Positions 1 to 11,310 of a DNA stretch of 64,000 nt are shown here, piece after piece. The position numbers were made by a program, and so were the translations under genes. Every line of letters starts with the position of its first letter. Position 1 is the stretch's first letter. Source of the DNA: Selaginella moellendorffii. Lineage: Eukaryota > Plantae > Lycopodiophyta. The notes under the pieces are model-generated. The model searched no databases and was not told where the DNA came from. It worked only from the letters and a program-made list of their open reading frames with translations. Location: contig NW_003314331.1 of assembly GCF_000143415.4 (NCBI RefSeq), positions 560,164 through 624,163 of the forward strand, in the 5' to 3' direction.

Positions 1-487
1 GCTCACAATACAACTAATAGCCTTGTAAAAATGATTCATCTTTCTCTTCTTGTAAACACGATTTCTCTCTTATCTAGAAAACTTAAAAGAGAATGAATGA
101 GCGGGAATTTAAATGAAGTGGGAGTCTAGTAATGACAAACAATTCAAATTTGTTCCATATTCATAGGTAATAATCACTTGCATCTTTATTAATATCTCTC
201 ATAAGAATGTGAACTTAAGGGATTTTTTGATTCATAAGAGTGGAAAATTTTGATTATTTACCAAAGATTGGTAAGAAAAGCTTTGATATGGCTTGCAAAT
301 GCTGTAAAATCTAATGTCCATGATAATAAACCTAAAATTAGAATATAATCTGATCATTCTTAATTTGGCATTGAACACAAAGAATATGTATATAACCTTA
401 TATTCAAGAATATTTTAGTCAAATAGTCAGTAAAAGGTAATAAATAAAATGGTGTTTCAAGGATTGCTATGGGTATTAATTATTTGA

Positions 488-1556
488 ATGATGTTTTGTC
501 GAAAGGGAATATAGAAGAGTTTAATCAAATTGTGCTTTCTAGAGTTAACAGATTTGCCAACTATCCTCCAGTGCCAAGGCATATGCAAATTTTGGAAGCA
601 GACTATCAATCTTGCATTGATGTACTCTGACCCCACAAGAGGAGCCATGGGTGTTGATCCACAAGAACAAACGACCACAAGTTTGTAGTGTGGTGCCCCA
701 TCTCTGGCCGATGCTTCGACTTCCCAAGCTTTGGATGCATCCCAGCAGCAGCCAGCACATGCACCGCCAGGTTTGTGGCCTCGTCCACAGGGCTTGTTCT
801 CAGCCTTGTCGACCACGGGCGGAAGATGGTGGCGTGGAGTCCTTTGTCCGGCGCCGTGGAGGAGCTGAATCCCAGCACGACTGAAGGCTTCGAGTCGAAG
901 ACGATCACACGACAGCAGGCTTTCTCGGATGAATTCCTGGTGATCCACGACTCGGTCGCTGGCTGCTGCAGCGTCTTCAATCCCCCAACAAGGTTTCTGG
1001 CCCAGAGATCCAGAATTGTGGTGGCGGACGAGGGGGTGACGAGCGCGACACATATCGGGACTAGCAATGGGCGGCGGATTGGAGTGTGTATCAATCACCG
1101 GGAGATTGTTGTGCAGGAGTACAAGGAGAAGACGACATTGCGGAGGAGGTGAGGCAGTGGCAAGAGTCGGAGATGAAAGAGGCCGCGAAGCTAGAGAGAA
1201 TGGATAAGAAGCTATGGGAGATAGTGGCACGAATGAGCGACGAGGAAGTAGAGGAAGCCAGGAAACGAATGGAAGTGCGGGAGCGTGAGGAGATGAATAA
1301 TTGCGAGGAAGACGAGGAGGAGGAGGAGGAAGCGTACAAGATCGAGGAATTGGGAAAGCTGGAGTTTGCAAAGGATCTCAAGGAGCATCCCTGTACGATA
1401 CATGTTGCAAGCTTGGAGAATTTGATCTTGATCTCTAGAGGGGCGCTGAGTAGTAGCACTGCTCTAGTGTTTAACCTGGAGGATTTGACACGTGAGCTCA
1501 ATTTTGAGCTCGCGAGCTCAAAACACTGGAGCCTGCGTTCATATCTAGCTATGTAA
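488..1556 (+). pseudogene. F-box (kelch/interaction-domain type) pseudogene, frameshifted
   Basis: F-box-like motif LTDLPTILQCQGICKFWKQTI near 545-607. It is followed in other frames by PWVLIH..., VWCPISGRCFDFP, VASSTGLV...AWSPLSG and LWEIVARM, segments typical of plant F-box proteins. The pieces lie in different frames with stops. Confidence 0.55.
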
Positions 1557-1591
1557 TGGAAGTGCTGACGCTAAGGTCCAAGTTCAGTCTT

Positions 1592-2956
1592 TCAGCGAGA
1601 GGGAGGTTTGAAGCTCATATGTCCAGCTCTAAACGCGTTCTCTACTTTGTCACTCGAGCCTTGGAGCGGTGGAAACGCCGCGGCTGCCGGGGGAGCAAAG
1701 TTTGATATGCTGCTTGCGTTTGGATTCGTAGAAGACATCTACAAGATGAAAGAAAGGAGACACTGCTGTGACAGCCGCGAGATAATAAGAAGTTTGTACC
1801 TGTGGATTCATTTGGAACGAACTTGGATTCGCAAAGCCGGTGGCGGATGGCGCTCCCCGGGGATCAAACTCGTCAAAACCATCGTCCACTGGAATGGAAG
1901 ATCGCATGGCTTCCTCGTAACTTGGTGGAGGTCCTCGGCTGCTGGCAAAGTTTTCAGGAGATCCTCCCTGTGTTGAAGTAGAACTCGATGATTGTTGAGA
2001 CCACTCTTGTTGCTGCATTGGCTTTTGCCAATCGTCGTCTTCTAATCGACCGGAAGGTTTCTCCGCGGCTGGATTTGATCCAACGCCTTGGTACCTGAAA
2101 TGACAAGTCTAGTGTAGCCGAAAGTATAAAAGGAGGAGAAAGAACTTACTTGTTCTTGTTGGCCGCGGCTTTTTTACGAACATCGTTTATCCTCTGCCTG
2201 TCATTTAGCAACGCAACCATGGTTTCTGCCTTTTTTCTCACATTGATCCCCTGATCTTTCCCACTTGGCTGCTCAACGTATTGGAATTCCGTAAGTGGCT
2301 GCTCTGGAATAAAAAACGAGGATGATTAATCAGAAACTGGGAGAAAGAGAAACATGGAGTCATAAATTTCCTTGCCATAAGCTGAGACAAGAAGCTGATA
2401 ACACTCTCGACTGCTTGCGGTGATCCGTTTGCGACCAGAAACTCCATAACCGTCATGCTCTGGAATATCACAAAGTTTTAGCCGTCATGGAGCCGTGGAA
2501 AAAACCGAAACAAAGAAAAACAAAGAAACTCAACCTTGTAGACATGCCTCCAGTTTTTCCCTGTGTCGAGAAGGCGCTTTTGAAGAACTCCCATTATAAG
2601 TTGTAGCTCATTCCTGGAGGAGAAAGTAAACGAGCACACTCCTTAAGAAAGAAAGGAGAAAGAATGGAAGCTCTTCTTACGGGTCAACAGTGGCATCAGC
2701 TATTTCAGTCATGAGAGATCCATGCGGTCCCCAAGGCTCATTGCTCGTAGCTTCTTGGACCTCCAATCGAGCAATCTCTTCAGAAAATCGCTGCCAAACG
2801 GAGAAAAATCCCTACCTTGATCTCGATCTCGGGCAGCATAAACTTGTTCACCTCTCTCTTCCTGCGTAGCGGAGCTCCATCAAGGAGGAGAAAAATCGCG
2901 TAAAAGAATGCTTACAGCTCGCGCACCGTCTGACCGAACGCCTTCTTGAACGCCAT
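1592..2956 (-). CDS. ENTH-domain clathrin interactor (epsin-like), multi-exon
   Basis: Spliced minus-strand exons give [14 protein letters not shown]..., [40 protein letters not shown] (ENTH signature), then PPPSYEEA and [14 protein letters not shown] introns. The 3' end is inferred from an intron at 1739-1799. Confidence 0.88.
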
Positions 2957-3120
2957 CGCGGCGATCGAATGGAACCCTAGGCGCTCTCTCCCGTCGCACG
3001 TCTTTCCCCCAAGGCCACAAGAAGCAAAAATAGAATTTCAAAGCAACGTGACCGTTCAACAAGCCCTAGAAAAGCAAACGTGGAATCTCACGGGTATATT
3101 CTCCCATCCATCACCGCAAA

Positions 3121-3193
3121 GCTCTCGTGGCCTAACGGACAAGGCATTTGACTTCTAATCAAAGGATTGTGGGTTCGAATCCCACCGGGAGTG
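3121..3193 (+). tRNA. trnR-UCU: tRNA-Arg (anticodon TCT)
   Basis: Acceptor stem GCTCTCG/CGGGAGT; D-arm TGGCCTAACGGACAAGGC; anticodon arm TTTGA-CTTCTAA-TCAAA; T-loop GGTTCGAATCC. Confidence 0.93.
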
Positions 3194-3248
3194 AGTGGCC
3201 TGGCCTTCCAATGAAATAAAGAATCTATTTGGTTGTTCTTCGTCTCTT

Positions 3249-3921
3249 TTATTTACTCTTGCAGCACTCTTGGATGTTGGAACACGACTTTGATCGCCCC
3301 AGCGTATTGGGCGCGGCCTTCCATTTCCCAGCTTTGTCCCTCCTCGCTCGTGATGCCTCCGCCTCAGCATAAGACTCTGCAAGAAAATCCATCGATCATG
3401 AGCAAACAAATGAAAAATTCCTCCACGAGTTCCCCAAGAACAGAGCATCCCAAAGAACCCAAGACATTTCGATCGAGAAGAAGCCTACCAGTGAAATCAT
3501 CCACGCCAGGATCCGTGACGAACGTCTTGGTCCTTCCATGCCAAGGCCCGGGCTCCGTCTGATTCGCTGGGTGCGATGGAATGGGCAGCCGGAGCATATG
3601 CGTCACGTCCGATCCACACACCGGGTGATAGAAATTGTCGTCGGGATTGACCCGCTTGATCTTGGGCTGGATCCAATCCGTGACATTGCTGGTCCGGAGG
3701 CCATAGTATGGATCGGGGGCGTCCTTGAGCTTGGGATCGTAGGCGTGGCTGGGCGTGGGGAGATGGACGTAGCTGGTTACCTCGGTGGTGGAGATCCCAT
3801 GGAACTGGTTCTCGTGCCGCCGATCCACCTTGGGCTCCACTTGCTTCATCCGCGGCTTCTGGTGCGAGTAGTCTGTCACGGCGGATTTCTGGCGGCACAC
3901 ATTGCCGCTGCTGTCGCCCAT
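3249..3921 (-). CDS. Orphan two-exon protein with internal repeats (SxVTD / LPxPSH units)
   Basis: ORF from ATG at 3921. Donor ACTG|GTAGG near 3488 and acceptor TTGCAG|AG near 3376 keep the frame open to TAA at 3249. No family recognised. Confidence 0.6.
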
Positions 3922-4219
3922 TGCTATCAATTGATCGCGCGCGCGCTCCGCGCCGCTCGCCCGATCGATCGATCCTTGGCTGGATTCACGGACTCGCTCG
4001 ATTCCTGTTCTTTCTCATCGCTTTGCCCTAAACCGGTGCCGCCCGGCGCATCGCCGCCTTCCACCAGTCTGTTCTGTGAACTAAATTTTGAAATCGAAAG
4101 GGCGCCGCCATCGTGGCCCTACAAGTGGACGGTGGCCGCTGGCCTCGAATGAAAACCCGCCACGTGTCATAGAGGAATGACACCCTGGTCGAAGCATATT
4201 TTGTCGAATATACGCTAGG

Positions 4220-4229
4220 TTTAGGGTTT
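4220..4229 (-). promoter_or_regulatory. Telo-box (AAACCCTAA) upstream of RPL30
   Basis: TTTAGGGTTT lies ~45 bp before the ATG. Similar motifs precede RFC (4945-5017), mL46 (~22110), LIP1 (~60041) and lie at 25878-25893. Telo-boxes are typical of plant translation and replication genes. Confidence 0.6.
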
Positions 4230-4270
4230 CTAGCAGCCGGCACCAGAAAGAACAGCAGCGGAGATCCAAG

Positions 4271-4829
4271 ATGGTGGTCGCCGGGAAGAAGCAGAAGAAG
4301 ACCCAGGAGAGCATCAACAACAGATTGGCGCTGGTGATGAAGAGCGGCAAGTACACGCTGGGGTACAAGACGGTGCTCAAATCGCTGCGGAGTGGAAAAG
4401 GTGTGTGAAATCCCTCTTTGTTTCTCTTGCGATTGATCCAGTGGCGCATTGGGTGCGCAGGGAAGCTTGTGCTCATCTCCAACAATTGCCCGCCCCTTCG
4501 CAAATCGGAGATCGAGTACTACGCGATGCTCTCCAAGACGAACGTCCACCACTACAGCGGAAGTAAGTTTTCTCGAAGAAAAAGAGGATTTTTCTCTTCC
4601 CTCTCGTTCTAGCTCCAATGCTCGAAACTTTCTAACATTGATCTTCCATTCCTTGCAGACAATGTGGAGCTTGGCACCGCTTGCGGGAAATACTACCGGG
4701 TTTCGTGCCTCACCATCACAGACCCAGGTGAGAATCCTTGGATTGATTTGGAGTTCTTTTCCATCGATTTTCACGGCAATTCTCTTGTCAGGCGATTCGG
4801 ACATCATCAAATCTATGTCTGCCGAGTGA
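4271..4829 (+). CDS. RPL30: 60S ribosomal protein eL30, 4 exons
   Basis: [34 protein letters not shown]...[22 protein letters not shown]...[26 protein letters not shown]. Exons approx. 4271-4400, 4461-4562, 4659-4727, 4792-4829. Confidence 0.97.
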
Positions 4830-5031
4830 AAGGAAAATCTATCAATCAGCGCAACTCCATTTTGATCCTTGTAGCCCCTCTTACTCTCGAGAAACATGGA
4901 AATCTAATGGGAATTTTCGTCAAATGTGGCCAATAACTTTAAAGAACCCTAAAACTAAAGTTAGCGAAGAGCCCTAAAATCAAGAACCCTAATTTCTCCC
5001 TTCTAGGTTTAGGGTTGAGGGCTTAGCGAGA

Positions 5032-6682
5032 ATGTTGTGGGTGGACAAGTACCGCCCCCACACTCTGGACGAGGCGATCGTCCACCAAGAGCAAGCGCAG
5101 CGCCTCAAGAGCCTGGTAAAGATCTTCGCGTTGCATTGGCGTTTCCTTTTGGAGTGATTCAATCAATGTGTAGATAGCCGAAGGAGATTGCCCGCATTTG
5201 CTCTTCTATGGGCCCTCTGGCGCTGGAAAGAAGACACTTATCATGGCTTTCTTGCGAGAGCTCTTTGGAGCTGGGGCTCAGCAGGTCTTAGAAAAAAAAA
5301 AATTTCTCGCTTCTTCTTCATTTGGTCTATGTTTCCGCAGGTTCAAGTTGAGAACAAGGCCTGGAAAGTCGAGGTGATTCTTTCTCTTTTACTTCTTGGT
5401 TTTTGGTTCTTTTAGTTCTTGGTTCACTAATGTGGAGGGACGTAGGCCGGAACGAGGAAAATCGACGTTGAGCTTACCACAGTGGCGAGCAACTATCACG
5501 TCGAGCTTAATCCCAGCGATGCGGGATTTCAAGATCGGTATGTGGTTCAAGAGATCATCAAGGAGATGGCCATGAGCAGGCCTCTTGATCTGGGTGTTGA
5601 CATAAGTTTCAAAGGTAAAAAAGCTTGGTTTTGTTACTGCCAGTTTCACTTGCTTGTTGTGGAACAGTTCTCGTCCTTAACGAAGTGGATCGCCTCTCGA
5701 AGGAGGCGCAGCATTCACTCAGGCGAACGATGGAGAAGTATAGCGCCGCCTGCCGATTGATCCTTTGCTGCACAAGTGCTTCGAAAGTTATCGAGGCTGT
5801 TCGATCGCGATGCCTCAACGTGCGGATCAATGCTCCATCTGAAGATGAAGTGAGTTCTTCGCGCGCTTGTATTTCGAGTGTTTTTTATTCTTCCTCCTCT
5901 CGCAGATCACTAAAGTGCTCCAGTTCGTCGCTAAAAAGGAAGAGATACGTCTTCCACCGGCTTTTGCTGGTCGAATTGCGTTACATTCGAACAGGAACCT
6001 ACGGCGAGCCATACTTTCATTGGAGGCCTGCAAAGTCCAACAGTAAGTTCTCGAAACATTTCAATCAATCCCTCTCTTTAAAAATTCTTTTTCTACTATC
6101 CAGGTATCCGTTCACAGAGAATCAACCTGTTCAGACCACTGATTGGGAGCAATATATTGTAGAGATCGCATCGGACATAGTCAATGAACAGAGCCCGAAG
6201 AGGTTTATTTTCTCTTTCTTTCTTGCTCTTGATAAATTCTCCATGCTTGCAGATTGTTCATCGTGCGTGGAAAGCTATACGAGCTGCTTGTGAATTGTAT
6301 CCCTCCTGAAATAGTTTTAAAGGTCAGTCGTGACTCCAGCTTGTAGCAGCACAATGAAGACAAAGTCTTTTGGCTAACTCACATTTCTTATTCCAGAGGC
6401 TACTTGTTGAGCTAATGAAGAAACTAGATTCGGAGCTAAAGCACGAGGTGTGTCACTGGGCAGCCTATCACGTAAGTAATTTCAAGCGCTTCTTGCTTTT
6501 GTTCCGTGCTGAAAGTATGAACACAGGAACATCGTATGCAACTTGGACAGAAGGCTATTTTTCATCTCGAAGGTATGCAAAACGATCAAAGAAACTTCGT
6601 GACTGATCCGTGATTTCGTCCAGCCTTTGTCGCCAAGTTTATGAGCGTTTACAAGAAATTCCTGATAGCAACCTTTGGTTAG
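5032..6682 (+). CDS. Replication factor C small subunit (human RFC3 / yeast Rfc5 orthologue), multi-exon
   Basis: MLWVDKYRP; Walker A PHLLFYGPSGAGKKT; LNPSDAGFQDRYVVQEIIKE; NEVDRLSKEAQHSLRRTMEKY; SRC motif; C-terminal AIFHLEAFVAKFM. Confidence 0.95.
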
Positions 6683-6759
6683 TCGCAGTAAGGCATTGTT
6701 CCATAGGAAATCGCTTCTTACACATTGATTGTGCCACTTAAAGTTCTCTTTTTAAGAAG

Positions 6760-7430
6760 GAAGGAACCTTTGGCTTGGCCTGAATCGCGACAACAACCTC
6801 CTCCGGCGAGTCATACTTTCATTGGAGGCTTGCAAAGCCCAACAATAAGTTCCCTTATGATTCTTTTCTATTCCTCTCACATAAAAAAACTGTTTTCCGG
6901 CTTTTCAGATCTTCCGAGAGAATCAACCTGTTCAGGCCACACTGATTTATAATACAAACCTCAAATCGCATCCGACAAGAGGTAAAGGGAAACAGGTGTG
7001 TAGCTTAAGTTCCTCTATGCATGCTTGCGGATTATTCCTTGCGTGGAAAGCTCTACGATCTCCGCGTGACTTGTAATGGTTTTTGAGGAAGAAGCTCAGT
7101 CGAGATTCCCGTTCCAATGGAGACAAAGGCTCGCAATCTCACAACTACCTCTCTCTTTTCTCGATTTTGATGTTTCCAGAGGCTACTCGTCGCGTCCAGG
7201 TGCTAGCTAAATCGTGAGCAGTCACAAACGTAAGTTACTTGAGATCCTTCTTGACTTAGCATGCTAAAGCAAAGAACTTAATTCCAGGAACATCAAGATA
7301 AGAGGCCATTAAGGTATGTGTAAGATTTTTGTCCTCCATTCTTTTCATAGTTTTTTTCCAGACTCTGCTCCGTGATTCCGTGGGGCCTTTGTATCGCCCA
7401 CAAGAAATTCCTGATGCCAAACTTTGGAAA
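6760..7430 (+). pseudogene. Degenerate tandem copy of the 3' half of the RFC gene (introns retained)
   Basis: GGCGAGTCATACTTTCATTGGAGGCTTGCAAAG, AGAGAATCAACCTGTTCAG, GCGTGGAAAGCT, TTCCAGAGGCTACT and CAAGAAATTCCTGAT recur in the same order as in 5960-6680, with deletions. Confidence 0.8.
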
Positions 7431-8109
7431 ACATAAGTATAGGCTCGATTCGATCAAACAAAAAGGTCCACGCCATTGATCTCAGTGCGAGAGCGATACT
7501 TTAAAATATACGTTTTGATCGAACAGAGCTCCCTCTTATCTTAAGATCAGGGCGACCGGAATCCAAAGTATTCGCGGGGGGAATATTTCTTTTCTCTCTC
7601 CGTCCGTACTATCATGAAACCCGTGACCCACAGGGAGGTTTGAAAATTACAGGGGGTAACAGTTGACAGACAGTGTTGCCAGCGGACAATGATATTTACA
7701 CAAATCATTGATAATTTTTTTTCACCTTGGGGGAAAAGAAACCGGCGGCGGTGGTACGGTATGACATGACAAGCGTTGACGTGGCCAGAAATTCGCCCGA
7801 AGAACAAACAAGGTCTACCCTGGCGTTATACTCTGAGAGGGAACAAAAGAGCAAGAAAGAAACGGCTATAGAAGAGAGGGATGAATGATCGAAGAATGCG
7901 TGTCTCTTCCGGGCAAGATTCTTGTCCATGGCGATGGCGCTCGCGCTGATTTGTTATCTTCCCTTCTTCTGGATGATTGATCGCGGCCCAGTCGCAGACG
8001 CAACGACGAGCTAGGCGGTGACGCTTCTGGATCATCGCATTCCTGTGGAAAGCGATCGGCCGATTCCATTTATTTCGAGCTCCTCCTCGGCGCAGCGCTC
8101 GGATTATCG

Positions 8110-11100
8110 ATGTCGGCAGCGCCCCGGGCGATCATCCAGGTCTATTCTCTCGTTCTTTCCCTCTTCCTGGTAGCGGCAGTGGATGAATCCGCCGTAGCGG
8201 CTCACGGATCATCCTCCCAGACGTGGTGCAAGGCCGAGGAAGAGGCGGCGCTCTTGGATTTCCGGCGCTCTTTCGCGTCCCAGCCCGGCGAGGTCTTCGA
8301 TTCTTGGATCCTCTCCAGGACGTGCTGCGCGTGGCGAGGGATCCAATGCAGCTCTACCAAGGACGACGATGATTCGCGGCGCTTCACGGCTCTCAGCGAT
8401 GGCTACCGGGTTCGTGTTCTTTCCCTCCCAGGGCTCAAGCTCGCGGGCGAGATCCCGCCGTCCATCGCCAGACTCCGGGCGCTCGAGGCCGTCGATCTCT
8501 CCGCCAACCAGATCTCCGGCTCGATTCCTGCCCAGCTCGTCTCCCTCGCCCACCTCAAGCTCCTCGATCTCAGCGCCAACAATCTCTCGGGCGCTCTCCC
8601 GCCGGCCTTCCGCCAGGGATTTCCAGCGATCGTCCGCCTTAATCTCTCGGACAACCTCCTCGAGGGCCCGATCCCGCCGATGCTGTCCTCGGCATCGATC
8701 GAGTCGCTCGACCTGAGCTACAATTTCTTCGCCGGCGCGCTGCCCAGCCCGATGATCTGCGCTCCATCCCTCAACGTCTCCAACAACGAGCTCTCGGGCC
8801 CCGTCCTCGCCGCGCTCGCGCACTGCCCATCGATCCAGTCGATCAACGCCGCCGCAAACATGCTCAATCGCTCGCTGGCAGCGGCGCCCGAGGTGGATTT
8901 CTTCGCGAGCCCGGCCGCCAGGAGCATCAAGCTCCTGGATCTCTCCACCAACGCCATCCCGGGCGGCATTCCTGCGGCGATCGGCCGCCTCGCGGCGCTG
9001 GAGGAGCTCTTCCTCGGCTACAACAGCCTCGGCGGCGAGATCCCCAGCTCCATCTCCAACATCTCGGCGCTGAGGATCCTGAGCCTCCGCAACAACGATC
9101 TGGGCGGCGAGATGGCGGCGCTCGACTTCTCCCGCCTGCCAAACCTCACGGAGCTGGACCTTTCGTACAACCGCATCTCGGGGAACATTCCGTCGGGAAT
9201 ATCCCAGTGCCGCCACCTGACGTCGCTGACGCTGGGCAAGAACGAGCTGCGCGGGGATATTCCGTCGTCACTTGGCGCGCTTCGCAAGCTCGAGACGCTC
9301 TCTCTCTCCGGGAACGAGCTCGGCGGTGGAATCCCGGCCGAGCTCCAGGAATGCGAGGCGCTCGTCATGCTGGTGCTCTCTAAGAACAGCTTCACGGAGC
9401 CTCTGCCCGATCGGAACGTCACGGGGTTTCGCAATCTCCAGCTCCTGGCGATCGGGAATGCCGGGCTCTCGGGATCCATCCCGGCGTGGATTGGCAACTG
9501 CAGCAAGCTCCAGGTGCTGGATCTCAGCTGGAACAGGCTCGTCGGCGAGATCCCCCGGTGGATTGGAGCTCTGGATCACCTCTTCTACCTGGATCTCTCC
9601 AACAATTCCTTCACTGGGTCGATACCCCCGGACATCCTCGGCATCCGGTGCCTGATCGAGGACGAGGACGCGAGCAGCAGCGCCGCGGATGATCTCCGCC
9701 CAGTCGCCAACACGCTCTTCGTCAAGCACCGATCCAACTCGAGCGCTCTCCAGTACAACCAGGTGTCGGCGTTCCCTCCCTCGATCATCCTCGCCAGCAA
9801 CAATCTCTCTGGAGTGATCCCACTGGAGTTTGGCAAGCTGAGGAAGCTGGTGTCGCTGGATCTCAGCAACAACAAGCTGGTTGGATCGATCCCGGCGTGC
9901 CTGGCCAACGCGTCGGACCTGGAATCGCTGGATCTCTCCTCGAATGGGCTCTCGGGCAGCATCCCGCCATCGCTGGTGAAGCTCACGTTCCTCGCGGCGT
10001 TCAATGTGAGCTTCAATCGGCTGTCTGGGGCGATCCCTTCCGGGAACCAGTTCGCGAGCTTCTCCAATTCCTCCTACATCGCGAATTCCAGGCTCTGTGG
10101 CGCGCCACTCTCGATCCAGTGCCCGGCGGCGGCGATGGAGGCGACCTCCAGCTCCTCGCGGGGCGGCGGCGGCGATCAAAGAGGTCCCATGAATCGCGGC
10201 GCGATAATGGGGATCACCATCAGTATCAGCCTGGGTCTCACGGCGCTGTTCGCCGCGATGCTCATGCTGTCCTTCTCGCGCGCGCGGGCGGGGCACCGGC
10301 AGGACATTGCGGGGCGGAATTTCAAGGAGATGAGCGTCGCCCAGATGATGGATCTGACGGTCACCATGTTCGGGCAGCGCTACCGTCGGATCACCGTGGG
10401 CGACCTCATCAAGGCCACAAACAACTTCGACGCGACCAACATCATCGGCTGTGGTGGCTTTGGGCTGGTCTTCAAGGCCAACCTTCCGGACGGGAATGTG
10501 GTGGCGATCAAGCGGCTCACGAGCGAGGATGGAGGGCCACAGATGGAGAAAGAATTCGACGCGGAATTGTCCACCCTGGGGAACATTACGCACCCCAACC
10601 TTGTCTCCCTGGAGGGCTACTGCCGGCTGGGAATGCGTGACCGGCTACTGGTCTATTCCTACATGGAAAACGGCAGCCTCGACTACTGGCTCCACGAGCG
10701 ATCCGACGGCGGGAGCCGGCTCACGTGGCGGCATCGCCTGGCCATTCTGCGCGAAACGGCCAGGGGATTGGAGTACCTCCACCGTGGATGCAACCCACAC
10801 ATTGTCCACCGGGACATCAAGTCGAGCAACATACTCCTGGACGGCGATCTGCGCGCACACGTGGCGGATTTCGGGCTGGCGAGGCTCATGCTGCCGTCGG
10901 ATACGCACGTGACCACGGAGCTGGTCGGGACGCTGGGGTATATACCCCCGGAATATGCGCAGTCGTCCGAGGCGTCACTGCGCGGGGACGTGTATAGCTT
11001 TGGGGTGTTGGTGCTCGAGGTGTTGAGCCGGAGGAGGCCGGTGGACGCTTGCCGGAGGGGTGGGATTCGCGATCTTGTGCCGTGGGTGGAAGGGATGCAA

Positions 11101-11310
11101 GCTACCGGGAGGGGGATCGAGATTGTGGATCCACTGCTGCTCCAGAATTACTCCGAGGTGGATGCCTTGGAGGAGATGCTGCGGGTGTTGGATGTGGCTT
11201 GCTACTGCGTGGATTCTTGCCCCCAGAGGAGGCCTGGGATTGAGGAGGTTGTGGCATGGTTGGATGCCGTGGGATCGAGCAGGCTCAAGGTGGGATTGGG
11301 CAAACCTTAG
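8110..11310 (+). CDS. PSKR: LRR receptor kinase, phytosulfokine receptor (PSKR/PSY1R, LRR-Xb) family, intronless
   Basis: Signal peptide; CCAWRGIQC cap; about 20 plant LRRs; island motif LFVKH...LQYNQVSAFPPS; TM helix; kinase motifs IIGCGGFGLVFKA, HRDIKSSNILLD, DFGLAR, GTLGYIPPEY. Confidence 0.93.
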   Translation: MSAAPRAIIQVYSLVLSLFLVAAVDESAVAAHGSSSQTWCKAEEEAALLDFRRSFASQPGEVFDSWILSRTCCAWRGIQCSSTKDDDDSRRFTALSDGYRVRVLSLPGLKLAGEIPPSIARLRALEAVDLSANQISGSIPAQLVSLAHLKLLDLSANNLSGALPPAFRQGFPAIVRLNLSDNLLEGPIPPMLSSASIESLDLSYNFFAGALPSPMICAPSLNVSNNELSGPVLAALAHCPSIQSINAAANMLNRSLAAAPEVDFFASPAARSIKLLDLSTNAIPGGIPAAIGRLAALEELFLGYNSLGGEIPSSISNISALRILSLRNNDLGGEMAALDFSRLPNLTELDLSYNRISGNIPSGISQCRHLTSLTLGKNELRGDIPSSLGALRKLETLSLSGNELGGGIPAELQECEALVMLVLSKNSFTEPLPDRNVTGFRNLQLLAIGNAGLSGSIPAWIGNCSKLQVLDLSWNRLVGEIPRWIGALDHLFYLDLSNNSFTGSIPPDILGIRCLIEDEDASSSAADDLRPVANTLFVKHRSNSSALQYNQVSAFPPSIILASNNLSGVIPLEFGKLRKLVSLDLSNNKLVGSIPACLANASDLESLDLSSNGLSGSIPPSLVKLTFLAAFNVSFNRLSGAIPSGNQFASFSNSSYIANSRLCGAPLSIQCPAAAMEATSSSSRGGGGDQRGPMNRGAIMGITISISLGLTALFAAMLMLSFSRARAGHRQDIAGRNFKEMSVAQMMDLTVTMFGQRYRRITVGDLIKATNNFDATNIIGCGGFGLVFKANLPDGNVVAIKRLTSEDGGPQMEKEFDAELSTLGNITHPNLVSLEGYCRLGMRDRLLVYSYMENGSLDYWLHERSDGGSRLTWRHRLAILRETARGLEYLHRGCNPHIVHRDIKSSNILLDGDLRAHVADFGLARLMLPSDTHVTTELVGTLGYIPPEYAQSSEASLRGDVYSFGVLVLEVLSRRRPVDACRRGGIRDLVPWVEGMQATGRGIEIVDPLLLQNYSEVDALEEMLRVLDVACYCVDSCPQRRPGIEEVVAWLDAVGSSRLKVGLGKP

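Noticed and set aside
457-1371. 304-aa Pro-rich minus-strand ORF
   Set aside because: Antisense of the Glu-rich F-box pseudogene, with no domain features.
8202-10997. Long antisense and alternative-frame ORFs (335, 441, 247 aa) over the receptor kinase
   Set aside because: Shadow ORFs of a GC-rich CDS, with no motifs of their own.
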